A DNA stretch of 64,000 nt from a virus (IMGVR_UViG_3300005842_000004:715-64714); one strand, 5' to 3'; counted from the stretch's first letter, positions 36,934 through 46,839 are shown. Made by a program: numbers and translations. The notes: a model not told the origin generated them from the sequence alone.

Positions 36934-37415
36934 TAGCGGGACACTCCGGCGCTGACACCCGCAGCGAGCCCACCCTTGCACCCATCAAGCGCCGCCTTGA
37001 CCGCGAGATACGCATCCGACCCCTTCGCCGGGGCGACATTCAACCCACCCGCCTGACCTTGAAAATACGTATCCAGCAAGTCCAATGCCGGCGATACGAT
37101 GACCACCTCTTCAGGGCTAAGGTTGGCGTTCTTGAGCACCAGTGCCCGGATGACATCGTACGTCTTCCCCTCGACCAGGGCAGTACTTGCGACAGCGAGA
37201 TCAGCCGAATATGCATCGAGTCGATCGTGGTGCTTCTCCGCCACCTTGAGGCATGCCAAACCCGACGCTGACTTGATCCCGGCTTGGGCGAGCTGGGCCT
37301 GAGTCGGACCGCTGGACGTGCCGCCGGATGACGCACACCCAGACAGAACAACAGCGGCCATGACAACGGCGAGCAGAACAAACGGGCAGATAAATGACTT
37401 ACTGTTTTCTCGCAT
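36933..37415 (-). CDS. Lipoprotein
   Basis: Hydrophobic leader ending in lipobox LSGC, Ser/Gly linker. Confidence 0.8.
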   Translation of the reverse strand: MRENSKSFICPFVLLAVVMAAVVLSGCASSGGTSSGPTQAQLAQAGIKSASGLACLKVAEKHHDRLDAYSADLAVASTALVEGKTYDVIRALVLKNANLSPEEVVIVSPALDLLDTYFQGQAGGLNVAPAKGSDAYLAVKAALDGCKGGLAAGVSAGVSR

Positions 37416-37446
37416 AGGTTGATCTCTCCTTACGCTCGATTTTACC

Positions 37447-37677
37447 CTAATCTCCGCCCCACGTCTCCAATCTCATCCGAGCAATGGCCGCTTTCTTTCC
37501 TCGCCCATGGTTCGGATACTTATGCTTATGCGCCCGGCTGACACAATCCCGGCAGTCGACATTCATCCCATCGGCATTCCCCGACACCACCGAGAATGCG
37601 AGAACATGCTTTGCCTCCCCGCACGATTTGCACGTCTTCATTCCGACTGTCAGAGGCTCGTGATGCATACAATTCAC
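37447..37677 (-). CDS. Small zinc-finger protein
   Basis: KTCKSCGEAK..F..DG..CRDC, like N-terminal fingers of phage endonucleases. Confidence 0.6.
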   Translation of the reverse strand: MNCMHHEPLTVGMKTCKSCGEAKHVLAFSVVSGNADGMNVDCRDCVSRAHKHKYPNHGRGKKAAIARMRLETWGGD

Positions 37678-37812
37678 CTATCGACTATTTATGAGTGAAC
37701 TGTTGACATGCCGATTGTTCACATGTGAACGTGTGTTGTGACAATAATTCACTGGTGAATGGTTCATGGGTGAAATGTTACGCCTGAATACCGCGCCGCG
37801 GTAAATTTCACC
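37673..37812. repeat. Palindrome array, candidate cos/packaging site
   Basis: GTTCACATGTGAAC, ATTCACTGGTGAAT, TTCATGGGTGAA and TACCGCGCCGCGGTA in a non-coding gap between HNH genes and terS. Confidence 0.6.
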
Positions 37813-37844
37813 ACGGAGCGGTCTGCCGAACAGACTGGTTGGCA

Positions 37845-38912
37845 TCATTCCGCCTGCCCCTCTCTCCTCTGCGGAATGGCCTGACGCTCAGTATCGATGA
37901 TCAAATCTAGCTCAACTGCGCTCACGTGCTTGTCGCACAGAGGTCCGCTGTGGTGCTTCTTCCCTTTCGCCGTTAACCACACGCTGGCGATCGAGGTGCA
38001 CCTGGCCCCATCCTCACCGTAGTAGCAACAACGGAATATTCGATGCTTTCTGTTCTCTTCCCGCAGCGCGATAACACCATCTAGACCGTCGTCACCGCTA
38101 TTGCTCCTGATAGCTCTCGCTTGCTGATATATGGACGACGCTTCGGCAACGGTCTCGAACGAGCCAAGAGATATATTTTTCCCTCCGATCCGGATAGTTG
38201 CGTTGAATGATCTCGTGCCGTCCTCATAATCGTTCGGCCTTACTCCGCGCGGAAGGCCGGTCTTGCTCCGCGCGCCTCTGTCTTTCTCTGCCATGTCGCG
38301 CGCGTTATCCAACTTTGAACCCGCAAACAGATGATTCACCTCGACGCATGCTCGGTTATCGCAACGATGACAGATGAGAGGTTTCTCAAGATCGAATGCT
38401 CTGCCCGATAACACCCACGCAAGTCTGTGGGCTTTAGTTTGTTTTTTACCTGGCAGGATTTGACTATTGTGCAATCGCAACTGCCCGTACCCACTTTTGT
38501 CCAACCGTCCAACCCACACGAGACAGCCTGTCTTCTCGTCACGCACAGTCCAATGAGCCAGCCGCTTGCGCAATCTGTCCTCTTCGCTATCTCCAGGCAG
38601 AACTTCCGTTTGAAATCTACGGATCTCAATACCGTGCTTCTTCCTGGCTTGTCTTATCTCGTACGTCGTTCGCCCGAGCCTCTTGGCGATCACGTGATCG
38701 TAGTCAGTGCCCAAGATTGCCGGATCTAGCGGCTCTGACTCCTCGCGCCGCTTGAATCTCTGCGGCTGAAACGCACTAATGCCGCGGTGGCGCCGTGCTC
38801 GATGCACTGCCGCAAGAGAACATCCGATTCGCTTAGCCAGAGACGCATCCGGCATCTTGCCTAGAGGCTGATCTTCCCAATTGATACTCAGCGGCTTCGC
38901 GTCTTGATTCAT
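37845..38912 (-). CDS. HNH homing endonuclease with AP2-like domain
   Basis: AHRLAW..CHRCDNRACV..HLFAG..DN..DM; GVR..ATIRIGGKNISLGSFET..EA. Confidence 0.88.
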   Translation of the reverse strand: MNQDAKPLSINWEDQPLGKMPDASLAKRIGCSLAAVHRARRHRGISAFQPQRFKRREESEPLDPAILGTDYDHVIAKRLGRTTYEIRQARKKHGIEIRRFQTEVLPGDSEEDRLRKRLAHWTVRDEKTGCLVWVGRLDKSGYGQLRLHNSQILPGKKQTKAHRLAWVLSGRAFDLEKPLICHRCDNRACVEVNHLFAGSKLDNARDMAEKDRGARSKTGLPRGVRPNDYEDGTRSFNATIRIGGKNISLGSFETVAEASSIYQQARAIRSNSGDDGLDGVIALREENRKHRIFRCCYYGEDGARCTSIASVWLTAKGKKHHSGPLCDKHVSAVELDLIIDTERQAIPQRREGQAE

Positions 38913-39346
38913 TCGGTTGCCCTCTTCCGGCCGAACCCGCCGTCAACCCGGACTGTCTCCCGACTGTGGCAAGGTGTGCATGTCGCCTGGAAATTAGTCG
39001 GATCGAGTTTTAGCTCCGGATACTCCTCAATCGACTTGACGTGATGGACCTCGCGTGACGGTTTGCGATGGCAGATCTCGCAGATGGGGTGGGCGATGAT
39101 GTATTCGGATCGAGCCAAGCGCCAGGCTGATGAGTTGTAGAAGGGCTTGTGGGTATGGTTGCGGGTGAACTTGGACGGCAAGACAGACGACGTATCGGGG
39201 CCTACCGTGTTGTCTGGAGTCGGTGTGGGTGTGCTGAGTTTGACTGTGCGAGCTCCGCGACGGGTGACGCATGACGGGCAATACCCCGAGTGCACGATGG
39301 ACGGGCACCCGGGGGTAGAGCAGAGGCGGAGAGGGCGAGGAGGCAC
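38909..39346 (-). CDS. HNH endonuclease, terminase-associated (HK97 gp74-like)
   Basis: FYNSSAWR..R..HPICEIC..EVHHVK..NFQATCTPCHSRET; GTG start 39346. Confidence 0.9.
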   Translation of the reverse strand: MPPRPLRLCSTPGCPSIVHSGYCPSCVTRRGARTVKLSTPTPTPDNTVGPDTSSVLPSKFTRNHTHKPFYNSSAWRLARSEYIIAHPICEICHRKPSREVHHVKSIEEYPELKLDPTNFQATCTPCHSRETVRVDGGFGRKRATE

Positions 39347-39362
39347 GGACAGCTCGGCTCGA

Positions 39363-39782
39363 TCAGTCGGTATACACGTGCAGCGCGTCGCCGCCATTCG
39401 TCCGATGGTTGTGACGGTTGCCCATGTCCATACGTGGGCCGTGTGTGGTGGCGAAGATGCGGCCTGGACCTTGCGGCACATACGGACGGGTGCTCTTGTT
39501 GCCCTTGAGATCACGGCGAATCGACTTGAACACCTTGGACTCGATACGGGTGTCGGACAGACTGACAGAGAGTCCGATCAGCCCTGGCACACGGGAAGCA
39601 GGCGAACGGTCGGCCACCAGCTCTGTCTTGCCGTTGGCGCGCACACTCGCACACGGACAGCAGATCGACACTTCTCCTTTCTTTGCTTTTGCGCCGCTCG
39701 CGCACTTGGAGCACACGAGTTTGTTGCATATCGCGCACCGTGACCGCTTACCGTTGTCGACTTTGCACACATCGCATTTCAT
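39363..39782 (-). CDS. Hypothetical Cys-rich protein
   Basis: Four CxxC-type motifs in N-terminal half. Confidence 0.55.
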   Translation of the reverse strand: MKCDVCKVDNGKRSRCAICNKLVCSKCASGAKAKKGEVSICCPCASVRANGKTELVADRSPASRVPGLIGLSVSLSDTRIESKVFKSIRRDLKGNKSTRPYVPQGPGRIFATTHGPRMDMGNRHNHRTNGGDALHVYTD

Positions 39783-39840
39783 ATCAAGAGATCTCCGTTG
39801 CTCTGTTCGTTCGTTTGGTTCTGCGTTTATCCTACGTATC

Positions 39841-40182
39841 CTACGTCTTCCGCTTCATCCCGAGTGGCACGATCCGCTCACGTCTTGCCTTGATCTTGGC
39901 GAGCTTGGCATCCTGGAATGGGCGCACGGCATGGAGTGGACACGCTACCGATTGACAGTCACGTATGGCATCGATTGCACCGGCTTCATACCCCATGCAC
40001 TCCAAGCACATGGCCTTCACTGCGCATACCCGGGATGGAGATTTGACGATGGCGTCGCCGGATTCCGATTCGTACGGCAACCCCCACGCCCGCTTGAGCA
40101 AACGTGCGACACGGGGAGTGACAGTCGATAAATGCGACTCCTTGGAACGGGCAAGATAAGCATATTGGGTGTCGATGCTCAT
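39841..40182 (-). CDS. Hypothetical protein
   Basis: AVKAMCLECMG..IRDC....CPLH..RPF pattern; ATGA overlap. Confidence 0.7.
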   Translation of the reverse strand: MSIDTQYAYLARSKESHLSTVTPRVARLLKRAWGLPYESESGDAIVKSPSRVCAVKAMCLECMGYEAGAIDAIRDCQSVACPLHAVRPFQDAKLAKIKARRERIVPLGMKRKT

Positions 40183-41462
40183 GCCGGCACCGGTTCCCCA
40201 TTCTCGTCCAACACGTATTCTCCCTCACCATCGTCATCGATATCCGACCCACTCTCATCTTCATCCTCATCCGGCCACTTCGACTTGCTCATTTCATCCC
40301 ACTGATAGATCACATCGGCCACAGTGTTGACATGGCCAGACGACCCAGGCTCGCGAGTCAAAGCGCAATAGAGATAATAGGCGAGCGGCACCGAGTCATG
40401 CTCCTCGCCAGTTTCAGGGTGCTTGTGCGGGGACATCAAGAGCTGGCAGAGATCGAGCAGCTCCTTCATCTTGACGGGCGGGACTGCCAACCCCTTGCCG
40501 GCACCCTTGGCAGCAGCAGCAGCAGTGATCTTGGCAGCGAGCTTGCGAACAGAGGCAGGAGCATTACCCTTGCCGGGCTTCTTCGTTGTCTTAGGCGCGG
40601 GCTTGGGTTTCAGATTGTCAGACTTCGGCCGGCCACGGGGACGTTTGGGCGCGTCGGCAGGAGCAGAGTCGCCACCTGGAGCGTGATCGGCGCCATCACC
40701 ACGGCTGATATCGTCGCCCTCCTCTACATCCGCTGATTTATTCATCGAATCGTCGACGGGCAATTCCGCCGTCGCCTCTGCCAGCATCCGGGCGACCTCT
40801 GCTGTCTCCTCCTCGGCATGCTCGCGGAACAGGGTCTCGATCTCCTCGTCGGTCAGAGTGAGACTGGCTTGGGCGGCTTTCATAGTCATGCGTCCGTCAT
40901 GCAACCGGTCCAGGATCGCTGGGGATGCAGACAAGAGCTTGGACAGGGTGTGCGTAATCCATCCCTCTGAGACGCGAAGGAGCTTGGCAATCTCGGCGTC
41001 GGACATGTCGGATTTACGAGCCTGGCGGACGACTTCGACCTGGTCAGCGTAGGAGAGGGGGTTATGGGCGTTGTCCTGCACCATGACCTTGAGCCATTCG
41101 GACTGCGGTGCATCATAGATCACATATCGCAACCCGAGCGGCGCAGTGAATCCGTGGATGACCGACAGCTCGTCGAAATTGTCCCGAATCCGCTTGATCG
41201 CTTCGAGCCGACGCCGACCACCGAGCAGGCGCAATCCACCATCCGGCTTTTTGACCAGGATTGCCGGGGACTGCTGACCGATCGGGTTGTCGGCAAGCAT
41301 TTGGATCATTTCTTCGATCGAATTGGGGCCGGTCTCGGGGATGGCATGGCGGATATTGTTCCCAACGTCGATGGAGTCGAGGTCTTTGGGATCGATAACT
41401 TGATAGACGTCGCGCGGGGCCTTGGTGGTGATGGTGGAATCGCCGGAACCATACGTGGGCAT
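40179..41462 (-). CDS. ParB/Srx N-terminal domain protein with HTH
   Basis: NIRH..IEEM..GQQSPAILV..LLGGRRRLEA; EIAKLLRVSEGWI. Confidence 0.75.
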   Translation of the reverse strand: MPTYGSGDSTITTKAPRDVYQVIDPKDLDSIDVGNNIRHAIPETGPNSIEEMIQMLADNPIGQQSPAILVKKPDGGLRLLGGRRRLEAIKRIRDNFDELSVIHGFTAPLGLRYVIYDAPQSEWLKVMVQDNAHNPLSYADQVEVVRQARKSDMSDAEIAKLLRVSEGWITHTLSKLLSASPAILDRLHDGRMTMKAAQASLTLTDEEIETLFREHAEEETAEVARMLAEATAELPVDDSMNKSADVEEGDDISRGDGADHAPGGDSAPADAPKRPRGRPKSDNLKPKPAPKTTKKPGKGNAPASVRKLAAKITAAAAAKGAGKGLAVPPVKMKELLDLCQLLMSPHKHPETGEEHDSVPLAYYLYCALTREPGSSGHVNTVADVIYQWDEMSKSKWPDEDEDESGSDIDDDGEGEYVLDENGEPVPA

Positions 41463-41495
41463 GAGAGGGTCTCCTTTGCAGCAAAATAGAGGAAA

Positions 41496-41792
41496 TCAAT
41501 CTGGTGGTGTGATCTTGACGATGTATCCGGACGGTCCGGACACCTCAGAGAAATTCAATCCTAATCGTGTGGCCGATTCGACAATATGGCAGGTTTCGCA
41601 AGTCACAGCGTCGGCCGAACAGTCATAGCTTCGAATCATGAAGCGATGGCCATTGTCAGCGCAGTCTTCAAGAAGTAGACGGCGTTCGCATGCCTGGGTG
41701 TGACTGCCGATAGAGTGTTCGATCGCGCAGACAGAGCAAGAGCACCCGCAACATGGATGGATGATCGGTGCCGGTGTCGGGTTGTCGCTCAT
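41496..41792 (-). CDS. Hypothetical Cys-rich protein
   Basis: CCGCSCSVC...HTQAC; overlap with upstream gene. Confidence 0.55.
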   Translation of the reverse strand: MSDNPTPAPIIHPCCGCSCSVCAIEHSIGSHTQACERRLLLEDCADNGHRFMIRSYDCSADAVTCETCHIVESATRLGLNFSEVSGPSGYIVKITPPD

Positions 41793-42088
41793 CGATTTAT
41801 CCGTCGTGAAATGCAGCTCATCCGCTCAGCGTGCATGCATACGTTGCACCGTGTTCCGATCGATGCCCGCATTTCTACCGCGTCGCCATCAGTCTTGCCG
41901 CATGCGCACGGGCCACAAGTCAGAGCATGGAGTAGCTCGGATCGAAATGCGCTCTCTTGAATAGATGCCGCACCGGTCGGCTCAGCAACAAGAACCGAAA
42001 AGGCGATGAGATTGACTCGCTCGGCTTGATTGATCCGGGCTTGCCTTAGACTGCACGACCTCATTTCGGATCTCATTTCGGATCTCAT
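41789..42088 (-). CDS. Hypothetical protein
   Basis: ATGA coupling; two CxxC. Confidence 0.5.
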   Translation of the reverse strand: MRSEMRSEMRSCSLRQARINQAERVNLIAFSVLVAEPTGAASIQESAFRSELLHALTCGPCACGKTDGDAVEMRASIGTRCNVCMHAERMSCISRRINR

Positions 42089-42095
42089 TTCGGAT
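42060..42095. repeat. 12-bp tandem repeat x3 (CTCATTTCGGAT)
   Basis: Three exact units at a gene junction. Confidence 0.9.
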
Positions 42096-42453
42096 CAATC
42101 TCCGGATTGGCGACGTCCAGCATGCACCCAGCGCACACGTCTCCAGCTCTGGCCGATCTGTCAATGACTGCCGCTTGATGGCACCCAGGACAGACTAGGG
42201 GTAGATGGGACATCGCCCGGCTGACCATCATGCCGACCGCCTGAGGGGTAATGCCGAGCGCTCGGGCGACTTCGGACTTGACCCCAAGCCGGCGGTAGAG
42301 CTCGTACACGGCGGACTGGCGGGGGGTCATATGGCGAGCGGATCGACCGGATTTGCCGGACTTCGACTTGGACTTTGACTTCGACTTTGGCTTGGGCCGG
42401 AGCGCAATCGGGCGGCGACGGCGAGTGGGGACGGATTGGGCGCGCTTGGACAT
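42085..42453 (-). CDS. HTH DNA-binding protein with basic tract and zinc ribbon
   Basis: MTPRQSAVYELY..KSEVARALGITPQAV; KSKSKS tract; CPGC..CAGC. Confidence 0.7.
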   Translation of the reverse strand: MSKRAQSVPTRRRRPIALRPKPKSKSKSKSKSGKSGRSARHMTPRQSAVYELYRRLGVKSEVARALGITPQAVGMMVSRAMSHLPLVCPGCHQAAVIDRSARAGDVCAGCMLDVANPEIDPK

Positions 42454-42461
42454 TGGCGTAG

Positions 42462-42494
42462 ATGGTAGCGGGTGAAGAGTGGAGTTGTCAACCG
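42462..42494 (-). promoter_or_regulatory. Sigma70-type promoter with partial operator
   Basis: CGGTTGACAAC; TTGACA-18-TACCAT, ATG 8 nt downstream. Confidence 0.6.
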
Positions 42495-43378
42495 TCACGA
42501 CGGCGAAGTGATGCATCTCGGAGCGCGGTCGCCTTATTCCCCGTCGCATCGTCTAGCAGCTCATCTCGCAACGGGAAGAGTCCGTCAGGTTTCTTCGCCT
42601 TCGATTCAATAATCACCACGCCATCGACCATCAGCCGCCATCGAGGGTATAGATGAGATCCTCGATTGTCGATCTCAATTCGGATAGGCAAGGTCAATAT
42701 GTCCATCCGCTCGATAGTCGGAATGTGGTTGGTGATGATGCGGAACGGGAAATGGTATTCGACAAACGACCCGACATACATCATGACATCCGGCCCGAGT
42801 GCGGTAGACAGGTCGTCGATCGATGCGTGTGGGTCGATGTCGCCCGGGATGGATGAGCCAGGAAACCGCTGCCCGTGGTTTGGGTTGCGCATCGACTCGC
42901 ACGGGGATAGGCGGGAATAGGACAGGAGATGGTCGTCGGTGTCGAAGGTCAGGCGCCCGGATTCCAGCGCTCGAAACAGGGCGGACATACCGGCTGGGCG
43001 GGAGTGGGTGCCGATATGGTGGGCAAGATAGATGCCGGACGCCACAGAATCGACCGTACGCGCCCAATACAACCCAGGGCCTAGCAGACCTCCTACCCTG
43101 TCGTCCGATGTCTCAGCGGGGCGGGGCGGGCCAGAGAATGCGTCCATCTCCCACGAGTAGCGGTCGGCGTCGGACAAGATCAGCGGCTCGTCGTATGGGT
43201 CGAAAGGGAGGCGGCACGGGCACACGGTGTCGGATGATGTCATATCGCACGCGCACTCGCAGCCGGCACCGTGGTCATGATCATGCTCAGCAGGGCCAAC
43301 CCGTGTCGCTTGGGCGTGCCGGGCTTGTGCGGTCGCCTCCCATTTGCCGGGGCGGGAACGATTCGAGCGGAAGGCCAT
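42488..43378 (-). CDS. Hypothetical protein
   Basis: 296 aa; TAATG overlap. Confidence 0.6.
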   Translation of the reverse strand: MAFRSNRSRPGKWEATAQARHAQATRVGPAEHDHDHGAGCECACDMTSSDTVCPCRLPFDPYDEPLILSDADRYSWEMDAFSGPPRPAETSDDRVGGLLGPGLYWARTVDSVASGIYLAHHIGTHSRPAGMSALFRALESGRLTFDTDDHLLSYSRLSPCESMRNPNHGQRFPGSSIPGDIDPHASIDDLSTALGPDVMMYVGSFVEYHFPFRIITNHIPTIERMDILTLPIRIEIDNRGSHLYPRWRLMVDGVVIIESKAKKPDGLFPLRDELLDDATGNKATALRDASLRRRDG

Positions 43379-44304
43379 TACGCCCTCTCTTCTCGCGACA
43401 AGCGGCGAACAACCGCTTTCCGCAAGTGTTCTGCCAGCTTGCCGGATACTTCGGCGGTCTCTTGTGAGATCGGACCGTCTACCTCGATCGCAACTCGGAC
43501 ACGTTCGCCAAGATCTGTCGCCACGAAATTATCAGCCTCACCAACGGCAGTGCAGTGGCCAACAAGCGCCCGGATCGCTTGGATGAATAGAGGTGGCGCC
43601 GGCTTGCCATAGAACGTCAGCAATGACCACGGCTGAGCTTCGTCGGGTTCTGGAATCTGACCGGCGGGCGCATATGCCGTGTCCCGCTGCTCAATTCCGC
43701 GCGAGGTCAGACGGAATTCCTGCAACTCGGAAGCGTCGATCCAACGGTAAATCTCGGCGTTACCGACATCGTCAACGTCGTCTGCACTGCCTGCCGCCAT
43801 CCCATGCGTGCCATCAAATCCCCGCCATCCGGTAGTGTGGAACTCCTCACCTTCAAGCTTGGCGGCGGCGCGCTGAATCACATCCATCGCTTTGAGGTCT
43901 CCTGCTGACGCGGCTCTGCTGCCGAGTACTACTTCCGCCGTCTCGCCCAGGATCGCCTCTTGGATATATCCGTGGACATTCGACCGTCCGTCTCGTGGGT
44001 TTCCTCGGATCTCGTGTCGTCCTTTGACCGTGCGCCGGTCGACCGCGTCTCGGATGAAGTCAGGAGTGCCGACGTATTCGAGGACGCGGAGGATGCGGTG
44101 TTGGGGGATAGGCGCGGCAGAAACACGTGGCGCGCTCTCGGCGAACGCTGTCACTCGCACGACACCGATCATCTCCTCTGCATTGACATACCCTTGCTCG
44201 CGACACTCGGAGCAGATCCGCATTGGGTCGTCTGTCGGCGTGCGACACCAGAGACAACCGGCTTTGCGCGGCTCACTCTGATCACTCTCGACTTGATCGC
44301 TCAT
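43378..44304 (-). CDS. Hypothetical protein
   Basis: 308 aa; coupled at both ends. Confidence 0.65.
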   Translation of the reverse strand: MSDQVESDQSEPRKAGCLWCRTPTDDPMRICSECREQGYVNAEEMIGVVRVTAFAESAPRVSAAPIPQHRILRVLEYVGTPDFIRDAVDRRTVKGRHEIRGNPRDGRSNVHGYIQEAILGETAEVVLGSRAASAGDLKAMDVIQRAAAKLEGEEFHTTGWRGFDGTHGMAAGSADDVDDVGNAEIYRWIDASELQEFRLTSRGIEQRDTAYAPAGQIPEPDEAQPWSLLTFYGKPAPPLFIQAIRALVGHCTAVGEADNFVATDLGERVRVAIEVDGPISQETAEVSGKLAEHLRKAVVRRLSREERA

Positions 44305-44756
44305 GACTCATCTCCTTCTGGAGTATTGCGGATGAAAATCGTCGGACGGCTCCCCTTCCCGTGCGCAGGCGATCCAACGGCGATATCTGGCGTGTCCCAC
44401 AACGCTTGACGAAGGGTTTCCGGGTCGGCCGTGTGTCCACGCTCAGCCAGAGCCGCTCGGACATCATTGCGAGTGAATCGCGGTGGAAGACTCGGCAGTA
44501 GCTCGCGGATGATCGAGACGAGATCGAGACGACGCCAAATCGTGGCCTTGGACGGGATTTGGCGCGGACGAGGTAAGACGAATGCGACCGCGGCGAGAAG
44601 ATCGGCATACGCCCTGTCCATGTCCAGGCAATGGGTGACGGAGCCGCGCAAGCTCTCATCCACGGTCTCTGCACGGGCGAGATCGACGACACGCTCAGCC
44701 GCAATCAGCACGCGAGAGCGGACAGAGGGAGGACTCTCGACTTTTTCTTGACTCAT
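44301..44756 (-). CDS. Hypothetical protein, possible winged helix
   Basis: SD GAGGA before ATG 44756; FTRNDVRAAL..TLRQALW. Confidence 0.6.
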   Translation of the reverse strand: MSQEKVESPPSVRSRVLIAAERVVDLARAETVDESLRGSVTHCLDMDRAYADLLAAVAFVLPRPRQIPSKATIWRRLDLVSIIRELLPSLPPRFTRNDVRAALAERGHTADPETLRQALWDTPDIAVGSPAHGKGSRPTIFIRNTPEGDES

Positions 44757-45029
44757 TATGTTCCTCGTTTCTGTATTCAAAGGTTACCGCAGCGCCGGAC
44801 CCGTCCATTACCTATAAGTAGTTCTTATACCAATAGGGCGTCTTCCCGCATTACACTAGCCTACTAACCGTCCACATCGACATACCGCGTAATCTGCGGA
44901 ACCCGGCCCGTACCACTTACGCTCCAGTCGTGAATTGTTAGAGTTTTGTACGTTTCCGATAATCATTGACTGTAGCACTCTCCGAGACCGATAAGACGCT
45001 GTTAGTCCTAATGCTTGACTGGTCATCTA

Positions 45030-45698
45030 CTACTTCCCGAGTCTCACCTGCTTCCGAATGAGTACATTTCCGGACAGGTCGAAAGTGATTCCTTTGTTAA
45101 GCATTAGCCAATCAATGACCGAGCGGAGGTGTTTGCGCTTGGTTGGGACGGTGTCAGCGTTCATCATCTGGTCGTAGATTGGGCGGAAAATGGGGTCAGA
45201 GTAGAGCGACTTGATCAGGTCTGACACGGTCGCCATGAATCGGGTAATCGACGTCCATTTGTCGCAGAGCTCGCGGCCGGCATCCGAGCCGGAGTGGAGC
45301 TTTTTGAAGGCGGCTGCGGATCGGGCGTCATGTTCTCGGCGGGCAGCAGACTCAGCCTCGATACCCGCCTCGTATGCGCGGATCTCGCTATCGCGGCCGG
45401 CCGATTCTTCGTCCTCTCGGCAGCGAAGAATGAGGAGAGGGTGCTGTGGGGCAGCGCCTGGATCGATCGAATCCAGGGCCGATTCCACGTCCTTCCACAC
45501 GCCGAGCAAGTGCCAGCGCTCGACAACTCCGCGACGGATGTATCGGTGATAGAGGAGGACATCCGAGCCATACACCAGTCCGCCCGGGCGATCGGCGCCA
45601 CGTGATCTCCACTCTCTTTCGGCATCGTCAGGATCGACCTGGCTGAGTGCCCATTCCGATCGTAATGTCATCCGGCCGGAACGATAGGGCGATGACAA
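45030..45698 (-). CDS. Hypothetical protein
   Basis: 222 aa ORF in gene direction. Confidence 0.6.
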   Translation of the reverse strand: MSSPYRSGRMTLRSEWALSQVDPDDAEREWRSRGADRPGGLVYGSDVLLYHRYIRRGVVERWHLLGVWKDVESALDSIDPGAAPQHPLLILRCREDEESAGRDSEIRAYEAGIEAESAARREHDARSAAAFKKLHSGSDAGRELCDKWTSITRFMATVSDLIKSLYSDPIFRPIYDQMMNADTVPTKRKHLRSVIDWLMLNKGITFDLSGNVLIRKQVRLGK

Positions 45699-45704
45699 GT
45701 TGAT

Positions 45705-45929
45705 TCATTTCGGCAGCTCCCCACCGCCGGCACGATAGGCCCGGCGCTCGGATTCGGTGAGTGATTCGTAAACTGTGACAAGTAAGGGAGGCCGGGAACC
45801 GCGCACATTGGACAGGCCGGATCGCTCGGATCGGCCAGATTGGACGGGTACGTCTTGAGGATGAGTGTGCGAGGGTGCTACTCGGCGGGTAGACCTAAGG
45901 TTGATGATTGCGCGGTTCCCGGTTCTCAT
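45705..45929 (-). CDS. Hypothetical protein
   Basis: ATG 9 nt after -10 box. Confidence 0.45.
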   Translation of the reverse strand: MRTGNRAIINLRSTRRVAPSHTHPQDVPVQSGRSERSGLSNVRGSRPPLLVTVYESLTESERRAYRAGGGELPK

Positions 45930-45938
45930 GGTGAGACC

Positions 45939-45989
45939 AGAATAGGCGCATCGCTAGGCGGTTGTCAACCGGAGGAATAGAGCGTAAGT
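45939..45989 (-). promoter_or_regulatory. Promoter/operator; copy 2 of the 33-bp element
   Basis: TTGACA-18-TATTCT; CGGTTGTCAACCG at 45959-45971. Confidence 0.75.
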
Positions 45990-46005
45990 CAGAGGAGTCT
46001 ACCCG

Positions 46006-46839
46006 TCATCCCCCGTCGTCCTCTCCTCTGGGCGTCTTGCTCGCCTCTCCGCCCCCCTCCTCGATCTCCCGCACCCTCCGCATCGCCTCCTCCAGCATCA
46101 ACACCTTAACCTCTAACATGACCTCCAGCTCGCGGGCACGGCTCAGCAACTTCTTCCTGTCGCTCGGATTAACGCACCTATCTGTCTGATTAGCCAGAAC
46201 GATCATCATGGCATAGCTCGCCACCGTGCCATCCGTAGCACCATGAAATCCGCGTTTGTGTAGATCGCCCAATGCATCCGACACGAATATCGGCACAGTA
46301 AACGACCGGGTATTCGTTGGCAGCTCCCTGGGTTGCACGACTTGAATGAGATGGTCTTTGATCTCGATGGACAGCTCGGATAGTTTGGCCTGATCCCGGT
46401 GAAAGTCATCAACCAGTGCGGCCAGTCGTTTTATGCTCTCCCATCTGGCCATGTGCAGACACCCGATGTGCATTGCGAGGCTGGCAATGGTGCCGATGCC
46501 GACAGGGGAATGGGCGTAATGCTGGATTGAGCCGGCAATACGTGACATCTCGGCCGAATAGGATGGAATGCGGAGGGAGACGTTTTTGTCTTGGATGTAG
46601 CGGCCAGCAGAATAGCGTTTGCGGACGGGTTCGGATGAGAGGAGAGAGGAGAGATCGGCGTCGATTGTTAATGTGGATGGGTCGATGTAGTCGGGATCGG
46701 GCGGAGAGGTGGAAGGGAGGCGGGCGAAAGTGAGGATGCGCGCGCCCGGTTCTCCGGCAGAGACGCCACCAGACATACCGGATGCGGATACACTGGTGGC
46801 GGATGGATCACTGAGTTTCGGTTGTACCGGATCGATCAT
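46006..46839 (-). CDS. Hypothetical protein
   Basis: 277 aa, last gene of the replication operon. Confidence 0.65.
   Translation of the reverse strand: MIDPVQPKLSDPSATSVSASGMSGGVSAGEPGARILTFARLPSTSPPDPDYIDPSTLTIDADLSSLLSSEPVRKRYSAGRYIQDKNVSLRIPSYSAEMSRIAGSIQHYAHSPVGIGTIASLAMHIGCLHMARWESIKRLAALVDDFHRDQAKLSELSIEIKDHLIQVVQPRELPTNTRSFTVPIFVSDALGDLHKRGFHGATDGTVASYAMMIVLANQTDRCVNPSDRKKLLSRARELEVMLEVKVLMLEEAMRRVREIEEGGGEASKTPRGEDDGG

Noticed and set aside
42060-42095. Tandem repeats as CRISPR or iterons
   Set aside because: 12-bp units without spacers, inside coding junction; no cas genes
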